NCBI GenBank assembly: GCA_964016885.1
Contig: OZ024740.1
Span: forward strand, 320,168,001-320,232,000
Length of the DNA: 64,000 bases
DNA from: Eledone cirrhosa
Taxonomy: Eukaryota
Direction of reading: 5' to 3'
The position numbers were made by a program, and so were the translations under genes. The stretch's first letter is position 1, and the number at the start of each line of letters is the position of its first letter. Shown here piece after piece: positions 53,784 to 64,000 of the stretch. The notes under the pieces are model-generated. The model saw nothing but the letters and a program-made list of their open reading frames with translations, did not search any database and had not been told where the DNA came from.

Positions 53784-53874
<91 letters not shown>

Positions 53875-53924
53875 TGTATGAAAAGTAAAAACTCAGTGTA
53901 TGTATGTATGTATGTATGAATTGT

Positions 53925-54532
53925 CAGGTCACCAGTTGGTGCTACTGGTAACATGTATCCCAGTACAACCTATCTCATGGTCGGCTCGTTGGCGACTTAA
54001 CTGGCAACCCCACCAAGGTTTTTTGGTGAGGAGGGTGACTTTGGACATCCTGCAGGACTAAAAACAAAACCTGTCAAAGGGCAAAGGGGCTCTTAAGAGT
54101 CAATGGCCATCCAAAATCACCGGGAGAGATGACCCCCTTAGCCTTTGTCAAGGCAGAATTCTAGGAGAAGGAAAACTCTGATATAACACCTGCAACCCTG
54201 ATGGTATCCAATGATGTTGACTTGTTCTTCTTTTTGGTAAATATCATCTTGATTAAGAGAGTGGGACTGGCTTTGTACAGTGCCTTTGCTCACTATAAAA
54301 GCTACACGGCATAGGCATTGCTTTATATCTGGAGATCTCTCTGCACTTGTCGTCACATGGTACCATGGGCCCAGCACTATGTGTCAATAATTGTCACAAG
54401 TGTAGTGTTTGTACCAGAGTTTTCAAGTCACTGGCTGGACTCAAAGGTTACACTTGTTCAGCGCATCGGTAGGGGTTCTCCTACATGGATATAAAGTAGT
54501 GGCCGTACTCGAAAACGAGTTGGCAACCACCA
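53925..54532 (+). mobile_element. Non-autonomous RTE-related retroposon, copy 4 (opposite orientation)
   Basis: Reverse complement of copies 1-3; flanked by (TGTA)n. Confidence 0.85.
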
Positions 54533-54699
54533 TGTATGTATATATATATATATAATTATATTTAAGGATGGCTATTTTGCCTATTGAACACACGCACCAT
54601 ATAACTTTTCTTTATCTTTATTCATCCACCAAAGCTCTTCCGTCACACCAATCTGTGACCGCCTCTTCCTTTTCTGTCTCTTCTATTCCCTACATAAAC

Positions 54700-54802
<103 letters not shown>

Positions 54803-55636
54803 TATATAACGAAGGGAGTGTGGTAAGTAACCAGGTGGACCATAATGCACCAGAGTACTCGATACTTAGGGTAATAGAGTGGGTAATAGTTCAGATTTAG
54901 CTGTCGAAACTGCCGGAGCTCAGCCGTCGGGGTCCTGACTCTTTTCCTATATATATATTGGTATTGAAGGTTCAAGACCTTAGGGGTATAACCTAGTAAT
55001 TAATTTATTATTATATTTATTAATCTTGAGGAGATGGGAGGTAAACTCAATATCGGTGGGATTTGAACTCACGGCGCATAGAACCGGAACAAAAACCTAT
55101 CTAACGCTCTAACCCCTCTACCAATTCGGGGCCTTAAAATAGTGTTAGTTTGTTTTCTCTCTTTCACTGACTGCCTCGTCTCCCTCGCTTTCCCCATCTC
55201 TCATTATTATAAGCAAATGGGAGCCCAAGCGCTAGCCGCTCCGCTGCCCCGGCGAACAGGATTGTACCTGTAATAAAGATGCAGCCTTATTATACACTTC
55301 GTCACGCTGAATCTCACCGATGAGAATTACGTTAAGGGTATAAAGACCTGTCAACTCGTCCGACGGGGAGATTTCCCACCCACTTTGGGGTGGATGAGAG
55401 ATGTCTTCTCTTGTGAAAATGGGTATTTTGGGGCACGTTTTTTAATCCCCGTTTGGGCTTGAGAGGTTGGCATGTCTGGGTACATATTTCTGTAGTGCTC
55501 AACCGCTTACATAATAATTTCTTGAACTGAAAAGATGTTCCGTTATTCGAATAATCATCGTCGAAATTGACGAAGGTCTATTCGGTTGAGAGTGGCATGA
55601 GATCCATGAAACGAGAGGGAATGCTACATATAAGTA

Positions 55637-55850
55637 GTTTCTAATTTAGTGACAAGGCCAGTAATTTTAGGGGAGAGGAAAGTCGATTAAATCGATTCCA
55701 GTGCATTACTGGTACTTTATTTTATCAACCCCGTAAGGATGAAGGGCAAAGCTAACTAGGTGGGATTTGAAATCAGAATGTAAATGGCTATAATTCTATG
55801 CTGCAAATCTTGTTGTCCGGCGCTCTACCGATTCTGCCAATCCACCACCG
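55637..55850 (-). mobile_element. Nin-type SINE, near complete
   Basis: Full body; AATGCTACATATAAGT on both sides (~55620-55635 and ~55852-55867) as probable TSD. Confidence 0.8.
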
Positions 55851-56220
55851 TAATGCTACATATAAGTGAAATCTAAACAGTACAATAGTGAACATTCACT
55901 CAATTATTGCTTGTCTAAGAACCAAATTAGACAACTTCATCTTGTTTAACGTACAAGATACAGTCACACGTAAAAGAGGTAGTTCTTTCATATTCGTAAA
56001 GAAAACTAAATTTTAACAATGTCAACGACCTCTACAACATGTCGTACTGACGTCAATCTATTGTTCTAGCAGCATCTAGTCATTTGTTTTTACTTTTCGT
56101 GTTTAGCCCTGCTGTCAGATATAAATTAGTATGGTGATTCCGAGTCGAGGGAGAGGGACACAGAGGGAGCGGGATGGAGAGAGAGACAGAGGGAGAAGGG
56201 AGGGGGAGATAGAGTTATTG

Positions 56221-56301
<81 letters not shown>

Positions 56302-56361
56302 TGTGTGTGTGTGTGTGTGACAGACAGACACAAATTGACTGCCAAACATTGAGCGAGGTGG

Positions 56362-56392
<31 letters not shown>

Positions 56393-56500
56393 GATTTCTT
56401 TATTTACCATAAAGGCATAAAAAGAAGGGACAAATACAAAGGGGGAGTTTACATATAATCGAGTAAAAAGGGTGTAACATGAAAATAATCGAAAATAACA
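56393..56500 (-). mobile_element. Severely 5'-truncated Tx1 3' end (copy E subfamily) in (GATA)n
   Basis: Matches 59601-59707. Confidence 0.85.
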
Positions 56501-56542
56501 TAAATAGATACATACATACATACATACATACATTCATACATA

Positions 56543-56577
<35 letters not shown>

Positions 56578-56821
56578 GCGCGCGCATTCACACACACACA
56601 CTAATACATTCAGTCAAACATACATAATTACTTAACTGATGTCTAAATTCCACAAAAAGAGTTTTGTTTTTGTGTTCGAAACCGTCTCTCTCTCTCCCCC
56701 TCTCTTTCTCTCTCTCCCTCTATCTATCTATCTATCTTTTGGGGGGAGAAATTAAAAACAATGTTTTAAAACCAGAAGAATGTATGCTTACATGTATTTA
56801 TGTCTTGAGCTTCCATATAGT

Positions 56822-56962
<141 letters not shown>

Positions 56963-56979
56963 ACTATATGGAAGCTCAA

Positions 56980-57020
<41 letters not shown>

Positions 57021-57230
57021 CGTTTCTGAATTTGTTTAGCAAGATTCTTTATCTGAAAACGTGTGTTGAAACCGATATTGTTATACTTTGGGAGGGTCAT
57101 GTTGTCAATAAGAAACACACGCACCAGTAGCTTTCACTCCAATTTATTATAAATTAAATTTATAAATTCAAGAATTTATAAATTTCCGGTTGGTTGGTTG
57201 GTTCCATAACCGGACGGTTGTTCATATATT

Positions 57231-57273
57231 GTCAAAGTTCTTTCGTCACACATTATGTGAACTCTTCAGTGAC
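57231..57273 (-). ncRNA. Minimal hammerhead ribozyme (Penelope-like terminal-repeat fragment)
   Basis: GTCA-CTGAAGA-gttcacataatgtgtgac-GAAA-gaac-TT-TGAC. Confidence 0.55.
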
Positions 57274-57419
57274 TGGGGATTCTTTTCTTTGTTTTGTGCC
57301 TCTCCTTTGTTCTGTCCTACGCCATCTTGTTTTTTATATATATATATATATATGAATGAAGTAATTCCGTCGAAAAGGTCCAGGAAAAAAGAGTGCTCTA
57401 TGTGGGTTACAGAGCTTAA

Positions 57420-57643
57420 TAGTTATGTAATAAACAACATAAGATAATTATTTCATTTACCAGTGGTTTCTTGAAAGCAAACAAATCTGCTTTCAGTCAT
57501 CCGAATGAAAATAAAATGAAAAAATCCTGGTGTTTTTATTGAAAAACACCAGGTTTTTTCATTCTGAAGACTGAAAGCAAATTTGTTTGCTTTCAAGAAA
57601 CCACTGGTAAGTGAAATAATTATGTTGTTTATTACATAACTAT
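57420..57643. repeat. ~220-bp palindrome with a hammerhead in each arm (inverted Penelope-like repeat)
   Basis: Arms are reverse-complementary about ~57540; left-arm core mutated to CGGATGA (57451-57510, minus). Confidence 0.85.
57557..57616 (+). ncRNA. Type I hammerhead ribozyme with intact core
   Basis: Stem I TTTCATT/AGTGAAA; CTGAAGA; 10-bp stem II TGAAAGCAAA/TTTGCTTTCA; GAAA; stem III CCA-c-TGG; GTA cleavage triplet. Confidence 0.75.
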
Positions 57644-57654
57644 ATATATATATA

Positions 57655-58265
57655 CCAGAAACATTAGTGTCTGCAATTCTGTTTACATGCCAATACAAGA
57701 GCAACAATGATGGAGTCATTCTACTAACATAGCTTAAATAGAGGCTGTTTGCATGATTGCAAATGAATCGAATATTATTATTATTATTATTCGAAAAACT
57801 CTTTTATTGTATTCGGCCATGTAGAGCAATAAACTATTTGTTAGTTATTTGAATTAAACGCTCGTATACATGAGACTGACTGGCCAGTCTGCCGATATGC
57901 AAATCTGGCTGATCAGTTGGTCTGCTAATATGCAGATCTGGCTGATCAGGCAGTCTGCTAATATGTAAATCAGGCCGATCAGTCACTGCATATTTCAGAA
58001 AATATCACATATTTTCACTAGCATTGACAGTTGGCTGGTAAGCAGTATACTGTACTGATGAAAGGTAATCATCCAGAAACATTAGTGTCTGCAGTTCTGT
58101 TTATATGCCAACACAAGACCGAGAATGCTGGGGTCATTCTACTGACATGGCTTAAAAAGAGGCTGTTTGCATAATTGCAAACGAATCGAATATTATTATT
58201 AATATTCGAAAAGTTCAGATTACATTTATTGTATTCAGCCATGTAGAGTGATAAACTATTTGTTA
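57655..58265 (+). mobile_element. Partial tandem (~190-bp direct repeats) of a Penelope-like terminal repeat with internal ~31-bp repeats
   Basis: 57655-57843 resembles 58073-58265; hammerhead at the start of the second repeat. Confidence 0.6.
58049..58095 (+). ncRNA. Type I hammerhead ribozyme
   Basis: ACTGTA-CTGATGA-aaGGtaatcatCCa-GAAA-CATtaGTG-TC-TGCAGT. Confidence 0.65.
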
Positions 58266-58357
58266 ATTATATATACATATATCAAAATGGAGGCGGTAAA
58301 AACCATTTAGACCATTACTCGCCAGAGAACTCGATACTTGGGGTAGTAGAGTGGGTA

Positions 58358-58483
58358 ATATGAAAATTTCAGGACCCCGACGGCTAGCTCCGGCCGTTTC
58401 AACAGCTAGATCCGGTGCTTTAGTTCAGATCTAGCTGTTGAAACGGCCGGTGCTCAACCGTCGGGGTCCTGAATTTTTCATAT
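58358..58483. repeat. ~55-bp-arm inverted repeat inside a dispersed repeat also present at ~54810-54945
   Basis: tcaggaccccgacgg...aacagctagatc / gatctagctgtt...ccgtcggggtcctga. Confidence 0.8.
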
Positions 58484-58835
58484 ATATATTTTTAAATAAT
58501 TAAATAGCTCTGTACTATATATAAAGCATTCTTCTTTCCTTTATCTTTTCTACGGAAATACTTAACACACACACACGCACACACATATATATATATATGT
58601 TGTATACGTTATTCCGGGTTGAATCGGAGGTAACCACAGTAAGTAAGGTACTCAATAAACAAGGTACTCAAGAAACAGTTCTAGTCCTGTAGAATCTCAT
58701 CTATATTATATATGTTATATATATATATATCATATATATATATATATGTATGTATATCCATATCTATCTATTTATCTATGTAAACGAATTTATCTATATG
58801 TCTATCTGCGTATGTTCATGCGAGATAGATAGATA

Positions 58836-59535
58836 GATTTCTTTATTAGCCACAAGGGCGCAACAAGAAAGGGGACAATACAAAGACATGCCGGGGATTT
58901 TACATACAGTCGTGTAAAAAATATAAAAACAAACAATTTCAACAATCGAAATCCCCAATAGGGGGGAGGCGCTACAAATGGGTTGTTTAATACCCCGTCG
59001 ATAGAACAACCCTCAACTCGAGGAGCGTGTTGTGCAAGTTCTCCTTTCTTCCTTTTGCTCTCTTCCTCAACCTACAGGCTTATAAACAGAGAAGGCCCAA
59101 TCACTCGGGCCATTTTCGCTTCATTCACCCACCTTTCAGTAAATTTACTGGGGTGCAGTGCCTCTCTCTCCACCCTGATTCTCCTTCTAAAGTGATACTT
59201 AAAGAAGGGAATCAATTGTTGTCCGGAGAGAAAGGCATCTGTCCTCAGTCCTCTCAACCTCGTCCACCATATAACTTCTTTCACCATAGCCACCGTACAG
59301 AGGAAAACCGCCTCTCTTTCGTTTTTGAAAGAGTCTGGCGGTTTGATCCTTACTATGGACTCGGCAGTCAACTGTATTTGTCCCATACGCGACAGCAGTT
59401 GTTCTGCATAGTTCCACAGGTCGCTTACGCCCGGGCAGTGTACAATTGCGTGCAGAACTGTTTCAATGTCCTGCGCACATCTTGGACACGTCCTCTTGGA
59501 AGGATCCCTGCCAGGGCGTCCGTGCCTGTAGATCT
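58836..59535 (-). mobile_element. 5'-truncated Tx1 copy F with target-site duplication in (GATA)n
   Basis: ORF2 C-terminus (59072-59386); TGCGAGATAGATAGATAGA at 58819-58837 and 59536-59554. Confidence 0.9.
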
Positions 59536-59600
59536 TGCGAGATAGATAGATAGAAAGACAGACAGGCAGATAGCTAGCTAGCTAGATAGATAGATAGATA

Positions 59601-62600
59601 TATTTCTTTATTTACCATAAAGGTATAAAAAGAAGGGACAAATACAAAGGGGGAGTTTACATACAATGGAGTAAAAAGGGTATAACATGAAAATAATCGA
59701 AAATAACCTCAAAAGGAGGGGACGTGATGGGGGTTGCACACACCCCCGAAAAAGTGTGCAATCCTTTGCCCGGGGAGCACATGGAGAAGGTGCTCCCCTC
59801 TCCTTTACTTCTTTACCTACAGGATGGTATACAGAGAAGGCCCATTTACACGAGCCATTCTCGCCACTATCACCCACCTTTCATAAAACTGCCTGTGGCC
59901 AAGCACCTCTCTCTCCATTCTTATCCTTCTTCCGAAGTGATATCGGAAGAAGTAGACCAGACTATGGCCAGAGAGGAAGTCGCCTGACCTCAAACCTTTC
60001 AATCGTGTCCACCAAACAACCTCTTTCAACATGGATATTACGCACAGAAAAACCGCCTTTGCTTCCTTTGTGAAGAGGGGAGGCGGTTTGATTGTCATCA
60101 CGGACTCGGCGGTCAATTGAATCGGCGCCACCCGCGACAGCAGTCGTTCGGCGTAGCCCCACAGATCAGCCACGCCCGGACATTGCACCAATGCGTGCGC
60201 AACGGTTTCTTCGTGACGCACGCATCTAGGGCAAATCTTTTTTGAGGGATCCCTGCCCGGGCGCCCGTGTCTGTAGAGCCTCTCTCGAACGGGTAGAGCC
60301 CCTAGGTAGCACTGCCAGGCCAGTGACTTCTGGAAGTTGTCCATTGGTCCTGGGCCGAAAGTCCTACCGAACAGGCTGGCCAGTTCGTCTTCCTCCATGT
60401 CCAGCGACTCTCCAAGGGTGTCATCGCCCCTGCTAGCCACCAGCCCTCTATAGAATGATGAGGTGGATTCTCCACCGATGGCCTGGCCCGCTTGCCAGAG
60501 AGCCCTGAGCGCCTGAGCACACTCAGTGTGCCAGTCTCCCAGTTTTCCGGATCTTTGCTTGACCCAGGACTGTAGCTCGGTGAGCGAGACGAGTCTCGGA
60601 AAGGCTCGTTTCACGAACGGAGCCCACACCGGTTGACGAGTGAGGAATACCTGTAGGTGCCGTAGCCTTAATGCGTGCCTACGCATCATCAACCACGGCA
60701 TCCCCAGCCCTCCTTTCGAAGGTTGTTGGCAGCAGATGGATCTTCTCACCATAGGAGGGCGCTTCTTCCAAAGAAATTGGAAGAGCATGCGTTCCATGGT
60801 GGTGAGTGTTTCCTTAGGGCAAGGCACGACAGTCAGGCGGTAGTAAGTGACGGACTCTATGTAATTGTTCGCCACCTCCGCCCGGCCTTTTAGGGACAGC
60901 TTACACTTGGCCCATTTCTGGGTTAGTGCAAACACCTTGTTCGTAACCTCGTTCCAGTTCTTTTCCACCTGGAGGTCCGGTCCAAACCAGACCCCAAGCA
61001 ACTTTACCGCGCCCTCCGTCCAGTGTCCGACGACACCGTCGGGAGGCATCGGTCTGCCTCTCCACGTTCCGAGTTGCAGCCGGATGGATTTTTCCCGGTT
61101 CAGTTTCGCTCCTGACAACCTTTCGTAATCCTCCAGTAAGGTACCGATCGCCTCGATCTCCGAGTCGGTCGATACCATTACTGTTACGTCATCGGCGTAG
61201 GCCGACACCGCTTTGCTCAATCCTGGTTCCAGGGGGATACCCTGCAACAACTCCAACTTCCTCAGTAAAGGCTCGAGAGTCAATACGTACAGAAGGGAGG
61301 AGAGAGGGCACACTGTCGAATGGATCGTGTGATTTCGAACGGCTTCGAAAGGTAGCCGTTCACCTTGATACTAGAACAGATGTGGTTGCTATGTAAGGCA
61401 GTGATCCAGCCTCTGAAAACAGGACCGAACCCAGCCGCCGCTAGCACCGCATCCAGGTAACCATGGTCGACCCTATCGAAGGCCTTAGACTGATCCAAGT
61501 TGATCAGGGCCCCACCGAAGCCGGGTTTGTTGCCAACCCTCTCTATGATGTATCGCATGAGGTGGAGGTTATCGTGAATGGATCTAGATGGGATAGCACA
61601 TGTCTGCGCATCTCCCACCAGGCCACTCACGACAAGCGCCAACCTCTTTGCTAACACCTTGGCCAAAATCTTTAACTCTGTGTTTAGCAGGGTTATGGGC
61701 CGAAAATTATTTATACTATCTCCCTTGTTCTCGTCTTTCCTCACCAGCGTAACTACGCCCTTGGCTACAGAACAAGGAATTCTCCCGTTCTGCTGCCAAT
61801 TGCAGTAGACCGCTTCGAGGAGTTCGGAGAAGAAGACCGGCATTGCTAAATAAAGTTCGTAAGGTATACCATCGAGACCTGGAGATTTGCGTCTGCTGCA
61901 TTGGCTCAGCGCATCTCCGATCTCATCAGCCGAGATTGGTCCCTCGCTGGACTCTGCCTCTTCGCTCGAGAGACGCGGTAGGCCGTCGAGGTATGGACCG
62001 AAATCCACGTCCCCGCCCGGACCCTCGCCTCCCCCGAACAATCGGGCAAAGTGCCTTTGAAAGGCCTCGCATATCTGCTTAGGCTCCCGGATCACCCGTC
62101 CATCTTCGTCTTGCAACGACCGGATGGTGGATCGATTTCCACTCTTAGCTTCTGTCACGCGGGCCCAGCCAACGGCTTTGGCCCCCTCATTACCTAGAGC
62201 ACGTATTTTACTTCGAATGACGCAGCCTTCGTGCTTTGCATCGAAAAACTGGTTCAAGGCCGTCCTCGATGCCAGCACTTTGGCCACATCTTCGCTCTTG
62301 ATTGCCTCTTCTAATTTACCTGTTAATTCTTTCTCGTTTCTATTCCTATCGGCAGCTAACATCTTGCTATAACTTATTGATTCTGTTTTAATCTCTCTTT
62401 TGAGAGATGCCCACCATCGGTTGTTGACGATTGCACCCGTCAACCTCTCCTTAACTAATCTGCTAATCCGGTTTCTGTAAGTCTCTTTTGCCGGTAAAGA
62501 CAAATTAAGTTTCCAGTAACCGGGACCCTGTTTATGTGTTTTCTCGAGATTGACTACGCAGGTCACTAATTTGTGATCCGTGTAGCCAATCGTGCGCATT

Positions 62601-64000
62601 TCTGGACAGCTTAATATGTCCCTATCCTTACTTCTAACTAAGAATCTATCTAAGTACGATCTAGATTGACCACTGTGGTTTCTCCAAGTCCAGGTAGGCA
62701 CAGTTGGAAAATCTAGTCGATATCTATCGACCAAGTTAAAACGGTCAAGTAACCCCTTGAGGCTGTTACACCCCCCTCTATTAGGACATGCTCCTGCATA
62801 GTCCCAACGTGCATCTAGGATGTCATTCCAATCCCCCGCTAGAAGCAGGGAACGCGACGTTCCCAGAAAAGTCTCTAAACGCTGGAAGAAGTCGGGCCGT
62901 TCAGCTCCGAAAGGGGAGTAGACGGCGACCAGTCTTAAGGCCGCACCTTCACTACTATCAACGTCTAGCACCAACAAACGACCCTCCGGGTCCGAGTGCA
63001 CAACCTGTACGGCAAGACCCAGGTGTTTTTGCAGCAGTACGACAACCCCACCCCCACCTCCAGGTTGACAGAGAGATGCATGCACCTCAAAGTCATCGAA
63101 GGTAGGGGCCAGCTGCCGCACGACGCTGATCCGAGTCTCACAGATAACCATTACATTTATACCACATGACCTGAGGTCATTTAGAAGCTTTGCTTGCTTC
63201 CAAGTTGAGCCCAGGCCACGTGCATTTAAACATCCTACTCTTAACACATCCATGTGGGCGGCAGAGCCAAAGGAGAGTGTAGAGACCTACCTTTCCGCTT
63301 CCCGGGGTTCGGGTCGCACGACTTTCATGGTGTCGGGGGTGTTGGGTGAAGGGGTGTCTTGTGGTGGTGTGGGGTCGTCAGTGTGTGGTGGGGTTGGGGT
63401 GTTTGGAGTTGTGTTGGGGAGGGGAAGGGGGGGGGGGCTTTTTAGTAGGACGCGGTTTATGGGTTTGACAGAGGGTGGTCCTACGTCCTCCTTAAAATCC
63501 TTTTTTAGTTTTTGGTAGAGGTTCATTGGGATCTTTATTAATTTTAAATGTGGGTAGTTTTCTGAAGAAACAAAGTTTACCCCTTCGGTTTGTACCGAAG
63601 GATTATTGTATATGAGTTCAAATAATTTATTATTGTTTCTGTTGATGTAAGAATAGTGTAATGTCTTTTTTTCGGATGGTGTGAGTGTTTCGAAGAGGGG
63701 AGGGGCAGGTTTGGTTTTGTTTGTTGCTGGAGGGGTGTTTTCTGTTTTGTTGGATTGTGTTGAGATTTGGGTGGGGGTTGTTTGGCCTTGTGTGTTTTGC
63801 ACATGTTTTCTTTTTTTCCTTTTAATCTGTCTGAAGGACTCCGTTTCTTCCTCCGAATTCGTTGGGTTATCTTCAGTGTTGGGGGGAAGAGGTATGTTTG
63901 CTGGTAATGTTTCCGTGTTGGTTTTCTTTGTGGGGGAGATGGATGTCACTATGTTAGACTGTGTTGTGTGTTGTGTCTGCGGTGGTTGTGTTGTCTTATT
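59601..64000 (-). mobile_element. Tx1 copy E in (GATA)n; 5' part continues beyond the window
   Basis: ORF2 63253-59817 with one frameshift near 61313; ORF1 C-terminus 63287-64000. Confidence 0.93.
59817..63253 (-). pseudogene. Tx1 ORF2 of copy E, single frameshift at the RQGCPLS motif
   Basis: 657-aa and 498-aa collinear pieces. Confidence 0.9.

Overview
Eukaryotic, repeat-saturated DNA with no securely identifiable host gene. The repeat landscape looks cephalopod (Octopus-like); this is an inference. The window is dominated by non-LTR retrotransposons. There are eight insertions of an L1/Tx1-type family (ORF1 with CCHC knuckle; ORF2 APE-RT-zinc finger), all on the minus strand, one with both ORFs intact, sitting in (AAT)n, (CAGA)n or (GATA)n microsatellites. 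Also present: a decayed CR1/L2-type LINE, an R4/Dong-type element between (CATA)n runs, two RTE copies with three C-terminal C2H2 fingers, four copies of a ~600-bp RTE-related non-autonomous element, tRNA-headed Nin-domain SINEs, Penelope-like terminal repeats with hammerhead ribozymes, Tc1/mariner-type MITEs, a 28S rRNA fragment and many micro/minisatellites. The most striking unexplained signal is in the Tx1 copies. All six ORF1 ends carry a consensus 5' splice donor (AG|GTAAGT, once AG|GTAGGT) over the stop codon, in two different reading frames. The ORF2 stop is TAG in six of seven copies, in an acceptor-like CTGTAG context in five. The whole of ORF2 therefore looks like a removable intron (hypothesis; needs RNA evidence).
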